Positions 30,376 through 40,940 of a DNA stretch of 64,000 bases are shown here, one piece after another; position 1 is the first letter of the stretch, and each line of letters opens with the position of its first letter. The stretch lies in assembly GCF_039974175.1 (NCBI RefSeq), contig NZ_JBDWJN010000012.1:60724-124723 (forward strand), in the 5' to 3' direction. The stretch is from Maribacter sp. (lineage in GTDB: Bacteria > Bacteroidota > Bacteroidia > Flavobacteriales > Flavobacteriaceae). The notes beneath the pieces are model-generated. The model was not told the origin of the DNA, did no database searches, and saw only the letters and a program-made list of their open reading frames with translations. Both the position numbers and the translations under genes were made by a program.

Positions 30376-32628
30376 ATGAGATATACATTATATTTTTCTG
30401 TGCTATCCATAATCAAGCATCGATTGAACACAATTGCTTTAGCAACAATGCTATCAATTGGTCATTACGTTCAGGCACAACAAACCGACAACTTCCCGCC
30501 CCCTGAAACACCGGTAAGCATTTCCGCATTCAAAACAAATAGCGCCATAACCATTGATGGGCAATTGAACGAAGCGGATTGGAATTTGGCCGTACCCGTT
30601 ACCAACTTTTTCAGGGTTGAGCCAGTACAGGGAGGTAGCATTAAGAATCCTACCGAGGTGCGCATCTTGTTTGATGACAAAAACTTGTATTTTGGGATTT
30701 TTGCTCAAGACTCATTGGGTAAAAAAGGCATTCGAATGCAAGATTTAAGTAGAGATTTCAATGGACTTGAAAATGATGTCTTCGGGATTCAAATCGATGC
30801 CCAGAATACCAAACAATATGCGGTTTCCTTTCAAACAACCCCTTATGGAAACCAGCAAGACGTACAGAGCTTTAACGACAATAACCGGGATGAGGATTGG
30901 AATGCCTTATGGCGTGTTCGCACTGAGCGCACCGATAAGGGCTACTATGCAGAATTTGCCATCCCATTCAAATCCATTCGCTATGACAAACCCATAGAGG
31001 GTGTTCCTGTGGAATGGGGCATCACTTTTTTTCGATTGGCACGTAAAGACTATGAAAAAACGGTTTTCCCCGCTATTCCACAATCCTTTTCTGAAAACCG
31101 GATGACTTATGCCGCCAAACTAATAGGATTGGAAGTTCCCCCACCATCGGCGAACATCAGAATAGAACCGTATGCACTATATCAATATAGCGAAAACAAA
31201 ACGGGTGATCTCGTGACCGATAAATTAAATGAGCCAAAGATCGGAGGCGACGTCAAATGGGCCATCAACCCAAACGCTGTACTCGACTTGACCATAAATA
31301 CAGATTTTGCGCAGGCTGATGTAGATCGAGCGGTAAACAACTTGGAACGCTTTAATATCTTCTTTCCAGAACGGCGGCAGTTCTTTTTAGAAAATTCTGG
31401 TATTTGGGCAGGTGCAGGTGGCTCTAGGGTACGGCCATTTTTCAGTCGCACCATTGGTCTCTCTAATAGCTTTAATGCTTCTCCCGCACCTTTGGATGCC
31501 GGTGCCCGGTATACTGATAGAGACGAAAACCGAACCATAGCCGTATTGGCCGTTCGCCAACGAGAAACAGATGACAGCCCGGGAAGCACTTTTGGTGTGG
31601 CGCGCTATACCAAGAATTATGGTGCGGAAAATAATATGGGGGCCATGGTTACGTATCGGTTGGATGATTCTTTAAATGATTTGGGTGTTGAAAGCCAGAA
31701 TAATACCACGATTTCAATTGATGGATTGATTCGTCCAAAACCAGATCTTACATTCACCTATCTGCTATCTACTTCACTTGATAGTGAGACAGAAGATAAT
31801 GGTTTTGCCGGAAGAATAGGGATAACATCAAGAACAAACAAGTATTATATGGGTTACATCACTGATTTTGTAAGTCGTGATTACGCTCCAGATATGGGAT
31901 TTGTTGCCCAAAAAGATTTCATGCTTCATAGTCCGGGAGGGTATGCCATTCTAAGGCCCAAATGGTTACCTTTTGTGCGCCGTTGGGATCCAGGAGTCTT
32001 TTTTAATTACTTTCATGATTTTGAGGATTTTGGGAAATTTCAACAATCGAATCTCTATATTTTCCCGATCTACACTTGGTTTAAGGACAACAGCTTTGTA
32101 GAAGCTTCCTTTACACCCACATGGCAGAACATCAATTTCGACTTTGCTCCTCTGGGGCTTCAAATCGCCCAGGGCGATTATAGTTACACCCGATACCTCT
32201 TACGATACAACACCGATCAATCTAAGAAATTTTCAGGATCTATCAGCTATGATTTTGGCAACTTTTATGACGGCACTAGAAATACCCTAACGGGTGGCCT
32301 GAGATATGCACCCTTACCCCATATCTCGTTGACCGCAGACTATGAGTATAATAACATAAATGGGGTGGGTGTAGCAAATGATAACTTGGATACCCAACTA
32401 TACACGGGAGGTCTTCGCGTAGCGCTCAACCCAAGGGTGCAACTTTCTACCTTTTACCAATACAATAGTTTTGACGAGCAAGGACGGTGGAACGTGCGCT
32501 TTAGTTGGGAATATATGCCCTTATCGTTTATCTATTTGGTATTTAATGATACACAAACCAATGTTTTCGACCCGGTGCAACAAAGCACCCAGTTTATCAG
32601 TAAGATAACTTTCTTAAAACAGTTTTAA
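30376..32628 (+). CDS. DUF5916 / carbohydrate-binding-family-9-like outer-membrane protein
   Basis: Signal peptide, DGQLNEADW...NFFRVEP CBM9-like start, long beta-rich body ending in KITFLKQF. Confidence 0.75.
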   Translation: MRYTLYFSVLSIIKHRLNTIALATMLSIGHYVQAQQTDNFPPPETPVSISAFKTNSAITIDGQLNEADWNLAVPVTNFFRVEPVQGGSIKNPTEVRILFDDKNLYFGIFAQDSLGKKGIRMQDLSRDFNGLENDVFGIQIDAQNTKQYAVSFQTTPYGNQQDVQSFNDNNRDEDWNALWRVRTERTDKGYYAEFAIPFKSIRYDKPIEGVPVEWGITFFRLARKDYEKTVFPAIPQSFSENRMTYAAKLIGLEVPPPSANIRIEPYALYQYSENKTGDLVTDKLNEPKIGGDVKWAINPNAVLDLTINTDFAQADVDRAVNNLERFNIFFPERRQFFLENSGIWAGAGGSRVRPFFSRTIGLSNSFNASPAPLDAGARYTDRDENRTIAVLAVRQRETDDSPGSTFGVARYTKNYGAENNMGAMVTYRLDDSLNDLGVESQNNTTISIDGLIRPKPDLTFTYLLSTSLDSETEDNGFAGRIGITSRTNKYYMGYITDFVSRDYAPDMGFVAQKDFMLHSPGGYAILRPKWLPFVRRWDPGVFFNYFHDFEDFGKFQQSNLYIFPIYTWFKDNSFVEASFTPTWQNINFDFAPLGLQIAQGDYSYTRYLLRYNTDQSKKFSGSISYDFGNFYDGTRNTLTGGLRYAPLPHISLTADYEYNNINGVGVANDNLDTQLYTGGLRVALNPRVQLSTFYQYNSFDEQGRWNVRFSWEYMPLSFIYLVFNDTQTNVFDPVQQSTQFISKITFLKQF

Positions 32629-32919
32629 ATGAAGCCCAACAAACGAAACTATCTGGTAGTCCTACTGCTGCCGGCTTCATGTCAAAAGAAGGCCCTGAAA
32701 GGCTACGATGATTCGGTTATCGACCGGGAGGAATTTATGATTTCGGAAGGGGCGCCATATATCATAAAAGGGCTTCCTATTGGGCAATTGAATATTCAAC
32801 TAGAACTTGTCGGTGCTGACGGCAATCTAGTTTCAGATTCATTTAATAAGGTGAAGCGCATCGCTACACTTAAACCATACGTATTTAATTCTTATTTCAA
32901 AATACCACTAATTATATGA
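32629..32919 (+). CDS. Small putative lipoprotein
   Basis: LLLPASC lipobox; ATG directly abuts the upstream TAA; ATGA overlap with the downstream gene. Confidence 0.5.
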   Translation: MKPNKRNYLVVLLLPASCQKKALKGYDDSVIDREEFMISEGAPYIIKGLPIGQLNIQLELVGADGNLVSDSFNKVKRIATLKPYVFNSYFKIPLII

Positions 32920-33326
32920 AAGCAATTACAAAATTGAGTGACCACCCCAATATATGGGGTAGTTTTGCTAGCGGATTATGCCTTGCACATTGTGTGGCTA
33001 CCCCTTTTCTATTCGCAGCACACACGGGGCATGTTCAAGGGCATCATTCGCATCCTCAGTGGTGGGGGTTCATAGATATATTATTTATGGTTATATCTTT
33101 CTTGGCTGTGTTTTGGTCCGTAAGAAATACCTCAAAATATTCGATGAAGGTTGCTCTGTGGATTTCTTGGGCTCTATTGGCAATGACAATCGTAAATGAA
33201 AAACTAGAGTTGATTGGGCTTATCGAGGCATTTATATACATTCCCTCTATGGCACTAATTGTATTACATCTTTACAATCGCAAGTATTGTCAGTGCGAGA
33301 AAGAATGTTGCGCTAGTACAAACTAA
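32916..33326 (+). CDS. MerC-like metal-transport membrane protein
   Basis: Four TM segments; GLCLAHCVATP, His-rich loop HTGHVQGHHSHP, Cys-rich tail CQCEKECC. Confidence 0.7.
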   Translation: MKAITKLSDHPNIWGSFASGLCLAHCVATPFLFAAHTGHVQGHHSHPQWWGFIDILFMVISFLAVFWSVRNTSKYSMKVALWISWALLAMTIVNEKLELIGLIEAFIYIPSMALIVLHLYNRKYCQCEKECCASTN

Positions 33327-33461
33327 CTTTTTTACCCTTCTGGATGCATAAATATTTTTAATTCAGGATGCAATAAAAGCATATAGTTGCGCTACGCATA
33401 TACAACTTAATTCTTGGCATTATATACCATAAAGTTGCTTATTAGGTAGCACCGCTTGAAG

Positions 33462-33501
33462 AATATTGTCACTTAAAACGGTCGTTTTAAGTGACAATAT
33501 T
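33462..33501. repeat. Perfect 19-bp inverted repeat with a 2-nt spacer
   Basis: AATATTGTCACTTAAAACG gt CGTTTTAAGTGACAATATT, read directly; lies between the MerC-like gene and the AraC-type gene. Confidence 0.9.
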
Positions 33502-33817
33502 ATGGAATGAATCAACCCGTTTTATCTGAGTCTCATTCGTGTTCTCTTTTAATAGTTTCGTAACACATAGTTTTTTAAGATACCTCTGCACAGCGAGGTA
33601 AGTCTTTGAAATGGGTCTTATCGTAATTTGTACTTGCTACGGAGACTATTCTACGATTAATCTTCCAGCGCGCAACAATTGCTGTTGTTTCCCTCGATTT
33701 TTGCCTCCCTTTCATGCAACTTATGAAAACTTATTTTGTCTTTGGATATGTTATGTAATAGTTAGGGAGCTTAGAACACAATATAAAAAATTGAATAGAA
33801 CAATACTAGACTTTGCG

Positions 33818-34888
33818 ATGATTGCAAGTACGCTCATCGGATATTTTTTAAGTATCGCACTGCTTACAACTTCCTTTTATAGGAGCCGTGCCAACAACTA
33901 TCTCTCCTTCACATTATTCTTAATAGCGAGCCTCACCTTTTTAGAGTGGTATGGCCTTAGTACCGCTCATAGATTGATACAAATTTTTGACAGTCTCAAG
34001 TTAGATTTTCTAATAGCCGCTACTTTATTTACCTATTTTTTGTTTCAGATTAAGCATCCTCTTCTAAATGGTCATCAATACAAATGGATCTACCTGCCTT
34101 TCTTAGGCTCTGTTATTATAGAAATAGCACTATATCTCTTTAATCTTTATGGGTCATATTTCGATATTCTAATATGGTACAGTAAAGATGTCTTGTCGAT
34201 GGTCTTTAATGTGTTTTTAATTTTTTCGGGAAGACACTTCATACGAAAAGCGGAAACTATTTCTGAAGAGAAAAGACGTTGGTTACTGCAATTAAACCTG
34301 TTTATAATAGGTATTATTATCTGCTGGATTTTGTCGCGAGTAGAATTTTACCTTATGAATTCATTATTTACGTATTACACCCTTTGGTTACTACTGTGTT
34401 TGTTCTTATGGTGGGTATTGTATCATGGTATATTTAAACTACGGGTTATCACACACCAAAAAGAACTACATGCGTATTTAGTTTCAACAAAGCATGGGGC
34501 TATCAAGACGACATCACACTCAAAACGACGAAAGGGTACCGCTGTTTCTGAATTAATTTCTGAATTATATAGGGTAATGGAAGAGGAAGAGCTGTACAAA
34601 GACCCGCTTTTAAGCAGGCTAGATTTAGCCACCCGATTGGGAACCAGCGAAGGTTATTTATCACAGATTATTAATCAAGAAATCAATAAAAGTGTCATTC
34701 AATTTGTGAACGACTACCGTGTTGAAGCTGCCAAAAAACTATTGCATACACCTTCATTTAATAAATACGCTGTAGAAGCAATTGGCCTAGAATCTGGGTT
34801 CAAATCCAAGAGTGCATTTTACGCTGTTTTTAAGTCTAGCCTTTCTATGTCACCAGGTGCTTATAGAAAGCTCCAATATCCGTCCTGA
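33818..34888 (+). CDS. Membrane-anchored AraC-family (HTH) regulator
   Basis: Multi-TM N-terminal half plus C-terminal AraC signature (IGLESGFKSKSAFYAVFKSSLSMSPGAYR); start uncertain (ATG 33818 chosen; ORF is open from 33611). Confidence 0.72.
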   Translation: MIASTLIGYFLSIALLTTSFYRSRANNYLSFTLFLIASLTFLEWYGLSTAHRLIQIFDSLKLDFLIAATLFTYFLFQIKHPLLNGHQYKWIYLPFLGSVIIEIALYLFNLYGSYFDILIWYSKDVLSMVFNVFLIFSGRHFIRKAETISEEKRRWLLQLNLFIIGIIICWILSRVEFYLMNSLFTYYTLWLLLCLFLWWVLYHGIFKLRVITHQKELHAYLVSTKHGAIKTTSHSKRRKGTAVSELISELYRVMEEEELYKDPLLSRLDLATRLGTSEGYLSQIINQEINKSVIQFVNDYRVEAAKKLLHTPSFNKYAVEAIGLESGFKSKSAFYAVFKSSLSMSPGAYRKLQYPS

Positions 34889-34990
34889 TTCGTTTATTTA
34901 TGCTGTTTCAGCACCTCTCCAGCACTAAAATTACCCTTTTATTTTTTCGACGGGAATACTTTTACCGCATTAAATAAAAATAATATTTCA

Positions 34991-35917
34991 ATGAAAAAAG
35001 TATTCTTAAAAATGACAAATTCACAGCCTTTTTATTTCCGTACCCATATCATGCTTATTGCATTCTTAGCGCTTCTAACGAGCGGCTGTTCTAATGATGA
35101 CAACCAGCCTACCATTACCCCAGAAGAACCTGCAGTGGCTATTACCGAAATAGCAGATGACATTAAAGAGTTAATTTATTTCCAAGGAGATGAAAAAGCC
35201 GCTACAGTACTGATTGCTGTGCCAGGCGGACCAAGTACAGTATTCGCTACCGATGTGGTAGACGAATTTTTCCCCGTACTTAATCCAAAGAATATATTAA
35301 CTGTTACTGTACATCAGGCGCAAACCTTAGATTCTACTATAGTAAAAAGCGCTGATATCACTTTAGAACAGGCCGTTAACTATAATGCCGAAACTATAGA
35401 TATGCTTGATAAAGTGACTTCGTATTTCAAGAATCAAGGCCGAGCCGTATATGTTTTGGGATTTTCCTTCGGGGCCTTTGTAACACAAGAACTTATTGCA
35501 AAGAAAGGAATAGATAGCGCTGATAAGTACCTTATTATGACAGGGCGATTAGATATGAATGCTGTTATATGGCAAGGGGCTGCCGAAGGAAGAAATGGAT
35601 TTTTCGAAAATGGTGTAACTCCCAATGTAGAGCCAGACCCAGACCCAGAGGTGAAAGAAAGAAACCTCAATAGAATAAGTGCCGGCTTCTCAATGAACAG
35701 GTACACACAACTTTTTAGTACCATTTCAGACTTATCTAGCATAACATACATTTATGGGGCTACAGATCAAGCTGTCGGGAGTCTTACCGATAATGAAGTA
35801 CAGTTCTTAGCGTCAAAAAACACCACTATTATTGCTGGCAGTGGAGATCATGGTGCCACTTTGGAAAATTTAATAGTGCAGGGTTTTAAAGATGCTTTTG
35901 GAATTGATTTAAAATAG
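34991..35917 (+). CDS. Exported alpha/beta-hydrolase-like lipoprotein
   Basis: LTSGCSNDD lipobox; GxSxG-like VLGFSFGAF. Confidence 0.55.
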   Translation: MKKVFLKMTNSQPFYFRTHIMLIAFLALLTSGCSNDDNQPTITPEEPAVAITEIADDIKELIYFQGDEKAATVLIAVPGGPSTVFATDVVDEFFPVLNPKNILTVTVHQAQTLDSTIVKSADITLEQAVNYNAETIDMLDKVTSYFKNQGRAVYVLGFSFGAFVTQELIAKKGIDSADKYLIMTGRLDMNAVIWQGAAEGRNGFFENGVTPNVEPDPDPEVKERNLNRISAGFSMNRYTQLFSTISDLSSITYIYGATDQAVGSLTDNEVQFLASKNTTIIAGSGDHGATLENLIVQGFKDAFGIDLK

Positions 35918-35944
35918 TAAATAACAATACCGCAATTGAAAAAC

Positions 35945-36556
35945 ATGAAAAAATATACGCTTATATTTCTGCTTATCAGTGCCCTACAACTGAAAGGCCA
36001 AGACAAGATCGATGCTTCTACCTTTTTAGCTAAAACAGAATTCAAAATTGGATATTCTGGAACTATTCTATGGAGCAACGGCTTTCTGGTTGGAGCTGAA
36101 TACCTCTTAAAAGAGCTCGATAAAACCAAAGAAAGAAGAGGAGCAAAACGTACGAATACGCATCAATTTCTTTTCAATGGAAATCTAAGTTTTATGACGA
36201 ACTTTTCTTCAAAAACTGATACGGGAGGTTATGCAAACTTTGGACTTACTTGGAGACGTACCAATAAAAAAGGAAAGCAGTTTAGTATCGATTTAAATCC
36301 ACTTGGGTATTATCGCTCCTTCCTACCAGAGACTTATAAAGTGAACGGAGACCGTGTAGATAAGGTGTTTCTGCCAGGACGTGGATACTATAGCCCTTCT
36401 ATTTCTGTTGGCATTGGTAAAAGGCGCAAAGGAAAAGTACGCTCTGGTAGTTATGTAAACATCACCTATAGTCCACGGTTTAATTACAATGCAGGAACGC
36501 TACCAACATTTTCAATTCAATACGGTTTCCGTTTTAATTTTAAAAACAAAAAATAA
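35945..36556 (+). CDS. Putative small outer-membrane beta-barrel protein
   Basis: Signal peptide, alternating beta pattern, aromatic C-terminal region (YGFRFNF); ATG 35945 preferred over TTG 35936. Confidence 0.5.
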   Translation: MKKYTLIFLLISALQLKGQDKIDASTFLAKTEFKIGYSGTILWSNGFLVGAEYLLKELDKTKERRGAKRTNTHQFLFNGNLSFMTNFSSKTDTGGYANFGLTWRRTNKKGKQFSIDLNPLGYYRSFLPETYKVNGDRVDKVFLPGRGYYSPSISVGIGKRRKGKVRSGSYVNITYSPRFNYNAGTLPTFSIQYGFRFNFKNKK

Positions 36557-37608
36557 TGAAACAGTTTAATACAATCTTCTTAAAAATTGCATTCGTCTCA
36601 ATTACCATATGTTTGGCAAGCGCTTGCTCAAACGACTTCGAACTTGACAACTTAGATGAAACGCTATATGTACGACATAAGAATGCAGATATGCCTGCCT
36701 ATATACGAGGCAATAGCAGTGAAAAGGTATTCTTAATTACCTTACATGGTGGTCCTGGTGGTACAGGATTAGGATTTACAGGCAAAGCCTTTGATGCTAT
36801 AGAAAATCAGTTCGGCCTTGTTTATTTTGACCAACGCGGATCTGGAAATTCACAAGGACATTATTCTGAAGATGATGTAAGTATTGATCTTATGGCCGAA
36901 GACGTATTGGCCCTTGTAAAAGTACTACAACGCAAATTTGGAAGCGATTCACGTTTCTTTTTATTAGGTGGCAGCTGGGGAGGAACATTAGGAACCGCTA
37001 CTTTGCTAAAAAATCAAAGCTTTTTCAAAGGGTGGATAGAGGTAGCTGGAGCAAACAATCCGGCTGGACTATACGATTGGTACATAGAAACCTTTACGAC
37101 TACCGCCAACAACCAAATAGCGCTGGGTAATAGTGTTGATTTTTGGGAATCTGTTTTAGAGCTTGTAGCTCAAGTAGGTGCTGTAAATAATTTGGATGAT
37201 TTCTTAGATCTCAATGGAAAAGCTTTTGAGGCCGAGGAAAAATTATTTGAAGATGGCTTTATAGATGCTGTTGAAAATGGTATCGGAGGTAATGAGACAT
37301 TCTTCACCTATAATTTCTTAACCAGAGGATGGAATAATAGTCAAATTGCTTCGATACTCGATAACCAAGGGTTATTTCAAACAACTGACTTTACAAGTCA
37401 ACTTTCAGAAATAAGAATACCATCCTTATTTATATCTGGACGATACGACATGGTCGTACCAATGGTTTCGGCTCAAACTGCCTTTGATGCTATAGGTTCA
37501 ACATCGAAAGAATTAGAAGTATTTGAAAGGTCAGGTCACGGCCCGATGTTTAGTGAGCCCGAGCTTTTTGCAGAGAAAGTAATTGAATTTATGAATGCAC
37601 ATAAGTAA
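36556..37608 (+). CDS. S33-family prolyl aminopeptidase-like alpha/beta hydrolase, lipoprotein
   Basis: HGGPGG oxyanion motif, nucleophile LLGGSWGG, C-terminal SGHGP; TAATG stop/start overlap with the upstream gene. Confidence 0.8.
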   Translation: MKQFNTIFLKIAFVSITICLASACSNDFELDNLDETLYVRHKNADMPAYIRGNSSEKVFLITLHGGPGGTGLGFTGKAFDAIENQFGLVYFDQRGSGNSQGHYSEDDVSIDLMAEDVLALVKVLQRKFGSDSRFFLLGGSWGGTLGTATLLKNQSFFKGWIEVAGANNPAGLYDWYIETFTTTANNQIALGNSVDFWESVLELVAQVGAVNNLDDFLDLNGKAFEAEEKLFEDGFIDAVENGIGGNETFFTYNFLTRGWNNSQIASILDNQGLFQTTDFTSQLSEIRIPSLFISGRYDMVVPMVSAQTAFDAIGSTSKELEVFERSGHGPMFSEPELFAEKVIEFMNAHK

Positions 37609-37708
37609 TTGGTTTTCTAATTTTCCTATCAAGGTTATTTTACCCAAAAAAGTTGTTTTCAGCCAAACCAAATTGCCAGACTAAAAGTATTATCTGCAAT
37701 ACAGTGTT

Positions 37709-37738
37709 AAAACGGTGTGCTTTTAACACCGTTTTTTT
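37709..37738 (+). terminator. Rho-independent terminator
   Basis: AAAACGGTGT / ACACCGTTTT 10-bp stem, 7-nt loop, T-run to 37738; nested within an outer TCAGCCAAA / TTTGGCTGA stem (37659-37744). Confidence 0.75.
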
Positions 37739-38087
37739 GGCTGAGGACTGAAATCAGAATTTGTCAGCTATAACATATTCGTCAGGAGAGCTCGTTGACA
37801 TATTTTGTGCTATTGCCTAACGCCTTGTAGGTTTATTAGTTGCTCTTTAAAGATAAATAATATGGCCTGTTTTTAAACTTCTAAGGGCCTTCAATTGCTA
37901 TAACAAACCGCAATTGCCTGCCATTCACACATAATTTCGATCCAAATATGAAAATAAGGTTTCCTTTGAACTGAAGGTTGTCTATCTTATGGTATCTATC
38001 TCGAATATGCAAGTAGCAATTCTTATTCCTTGTATAGGTTTCCTCCATGATGCTTTGTACATATTGAATAACTTAAAGTTATAGGCC

Positions 38088-38504
38088 ATGAAAAAACAGT
38101 GCGTAAGCTATTGGTACCCCATCTGCTTCCTAGCCATGTGGTGCATACTATCATGTTCTAAAAGCAGTGATGCTCAAGAACCGGAAATCGAACCGCCAGT
38201 AGGTGTTATAGACGCAGCTTTGGTAGGCACTTGGACAGGCACCCTCAATGGTAGTTTTGGGGAAGCCGACATGTCGATGATGCTCACCGACAAGGGCGTT
38301 ATGTCTGCCGAAGGATCAACCTCTTTGTACTGCCCCATAAATGCAACATGGGAGGTTATCGGAGGCAAATTCAAGGCCAAAGGTAATGATGAATGTGACG
38401 GTACGGCCGTAACTTTTGATGCCCCTTATTCCAAAACAAAGTTAGTCGGCTCATGGAATGCAAACAGTGGAAATAGCGGGACTTTTACCGCCGAGAAGCA
38501 ATAA
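38088..38504 (+). CDS. Hypothetical lipoprotein
   Basis: ILSCSKSSD lipobox; 138 aa. Confidence 0.55.
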   Translation: MKKQCVSYWYPICFLAMWCILSCSKSSDAQEPEIEPPVGVIDAALVGTWTGTLNGSFGEADMSMMLTDKGVMSAEGSTSLYCPINATWEVIGGKFKAKGNDECDGTAVTFDAPYSKTKLVGSWNANSGNSGTFTAEKQ

Positions 38505-38574
38505 ATCTTAAGGTGGTTGGCATCAGTGCAACTTAACTACGATTTCAATAGCAATCGTTTTTGAACCTTTCAAT

Positions 38575-39198
38575 TTACAGCGTATTATTTTTAGAATAGC
38601 CAGGGGGTTGAATACCCTTCATGCGTAAATACGTAATGGCCTGGGCCCTGTGATGTGCTGTATGACTTTCACCTCTTAAAATAAGGTCTAGGTTCGAATG
38701 ACCTTCTAGGTACCAAGGCTTCTCTTTAGTTTTCCCTTGCGTTAACACAGCATCACTTAGGTTCTCTAAACTCGAAATCGCATAATCAAAGGTATCGATC
38801 ACATAGTTGGCTACCAGGCCTTTATTGGTATTCGCATCTCTTTGCTTCAAAAAGTCTGGTTGAAACAGGTTTATTGGGTCTGGGCGCTCGAGGAAGAAAG
38901 GTGCGTCTTTAAGAGCGTCATAATCTGGGTAGGTTTTGGCATCAACCAATACCCCTATAAAAGCATTGTTGGTATAGCCTAGGTGCATGAAGTGTTGGGC
39001 AAAAGTCATTTGTTCTTTTGAGGGGCTATATTCCAAATGGTCTGCAGGCATAGCCTCGAATACGGCTAAGGTATACGCCTTAGACTGTTTCCATCTTTTA
39101 ATTAGGTTTTGAACAATGGAGTCAGCGGAAGGAATTTTAGCAGCAATCAATGTTAAAGGGCTTAGCCCTATCAAACTCAATATTAGTCTTCGGTTCAT
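38575..39198 (-). CDS. DinB-family protein with signal peptide
   Basis: HFMHLG ... HTAHHRAQ His triad pattern. Confidence 0.75.
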   Translation of the reverse strand: MNRRLILSLIGLSPLTLIAAKIPSADSIVQNLIKRWKQSKAYTLAVFEAMPADHLEYSPSKEQMTFAQHFMHLGYTNNAFIGVLVDAKTYPDYDALKDAPFFLERPDPINLFQPDFLKQRDANTNKGLVANYVIDTFDYAISSLENLSDAVLTQGKTKEKPWYLEGHSNLDLILRGESHTAHHRAQAITYLRMKGIQPPGYSKNNTL

Positions 39199-39412
39199 CG
39201 CATTCTTTTTAGAGGTTACACGCAGTATAAATGTATTCTATAAAAGATCAAGCCCGAAGCATACCAAATTGAATTTTTGCCAAAGACCTAAAAATCAGAC
39301 GGGACTAGTACTTTTTTAGCTCGTTTACAACTAGTGTTTCTTTAAAAGGAAGCTGCACTAAGTCGTTGACCAAAGTTGCGATCATGGTATCGATGCAACC
39401 AAAACGTAAAAC

Positions 39413-40834
39413 TTAAATTGATGGTCCGCCATCGGTTACGGCTTCTATAACAGCTTCGATACCATCGGGAATATTTTCAAAGAGATCATAGCCTGTTAGG
39501 TTTTCTATGTCATCAACCGTGGTAATGAATTGTGCCCAATCGGTACTAATGGCCTGATCATTGGGTACGTTTATGGCGATAACGCGAGTGCTGGTGGTTA
39601 CACGACCAATATCATTGCCGCCGTTTGGCAAAATTAAAGCTACTTTCCAGAAAGAATCTGGCACGTTTATTTTGCCATTATTAATGGTATTTGCCGCGCC
39701 ATTACTACCCGTACCTCCTGTACCAACTACACCGGCTACTATATATAATTCCATTCCTTCATCGGTAAGGCTTCGTAAGTAGTTTTCAAAATACGCCCAA
39801 GAACGTCTATTGTTATCTGGCGCTTGCGGAGCGACATTGGTCATGTAATAGGTATTTCTATTGGAATCTTCGGTACCATTGCGATCGGCAGAGGCACAAA
39901 GGTGACCGCGATCAAAACCAGAATTGGTGTAATGACTTTTGGCCGCCTTATAAAAGGAGCTTGGCAAATCTTGGTCGGTTCTAAAACAGTTGCACCTAGG
40001 AACGTCACCCAACCATGCGCTACTCAAATGCCAGCTCACCCAATTCGCAGTGCCGTCACTGTTGTTGTACGATAAGCTAAAGTCTGGCTTATCTAAAAAG
40101 TAATTGTTTGCATCTGAGGCAGCGTCAGAAGGGTTGCCAAAGGTGATGTTGCTGTCTGTTGTCGGGTCATTACCAGCTGAAGAAACAACAATTTCTACAT
40201 TATCTATATTGATACGATTAGAGCCCCCTGTTAGTTTTACTACACCATATCGTACGGGTTGCGTATCGTTTACATCAAAGGTTACTGTATTTAAGGTGGT
40301 TTGGTTTGAGGTGACCGTAGCACCTACATCATACCAGGTTACGCCCTGATCATAAGACAATACCAGTTTCCAAGTAGAGTTGCCGTTGGTTCCATACACC
40401 GCATGGCGTATACTGATACTTTCGGCACCGTTGTCCATATCAAAATCCATCAATAGGGTTCCCGTATTTCGTATTCGAATTGACTTGTTACCGTATTTGC
40501 GATCGTTGGCTAGTGAACCCGCTAAGGCATCATCGAGAAACCAAATACCCGTGGTTGCAGTAAGGTCTATAGTACCAGCCGCATAGCTGCCTTTTACTGC
40601 CGATTCAAAGGTTTCAATAAAGCCCGAAGCCTTTGAAGTTTTGGTATTCTTGTGTTTGTGAACCCCATGATTGTCATAAAAGTGGGTAGGAACATCTATT
40701 TTGCCCGAAATGGTTAATTCATTGTCGGCAATAGCAAGGCTATTGTCAATTAGAAGATCATCTTGTTGGCTACAGCTTAACAAAACTAGGGCGCTCGTAA
40801 GCACTGCTACGCTTGCATTTGAAAATAGTTTCAT
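39413..40834 (-). CDS. Secreted DNA/RNA non-specific endonuclease (beta-beta-alpha-Me, DRGH type) with an N-terminal accessory domain
   Basis: SGFDRGHLCASADR...NVAPQ catalytic block; lipobox LLSCSQQ; start set to ATG 40834. Confidence 0.85.
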   Translation of the reverse strand: MKLFSNASVAVLTSALVLLSCSQQDDLLIDNSLAIADNELTISGKIDVPTHFYDNHGVHKHKNTKTSKASGFIETFESAVKGSYAAGTIDLTATTGIWFLDDALAGSLANDRKYGNKSIRIRNTGTLLMDFDMDNGAESISIRHAVYGTNGNSTWKLVLSYDQGVTWYDVGATVTSNQTTLNTVTFDVNDTQPVRYGVVKLTGGSNRINIDNVEIVVSSAGNDPTTDSNITFGNPSDAASDANNYFLDKPDFSLSYNNSDGTANWVSWHLSSAWLGDVPRCNCFRTDQDLPSSFYKAAKSHYTNSGFDRGHLCASADRNGTEDSNRNTYYMTNVAPQAPDNNRRSWAYFENYLRSLTDEGMELYIVAGVVGTGGTGSNGAANTINNGKINVPDSFWKVALILPNGGNDIGRVTTSTRVIAINVPNDQAISTDWAQFITTVDDIENLTGYDLFENIPDGIEAVIEAVTDGGPSI

Positions 40835-40940
40835 AAATAATGGTTTTAGGGGGTGAAGTGTGTTATCAAATATATGTAATATTTTACTTACATTTAACGT
40901 AATCCCAAATTTATGATACACTCATTCAAATGCTTGAGTT

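Noticed and set aside
31182-31589. 135-aa minus-strand ORF inside the DUF5916 gene
   Set aside because: It is an antisense shadow ORF with Arg/Ser-rich composition and is fully contained in a well-supported CDS.
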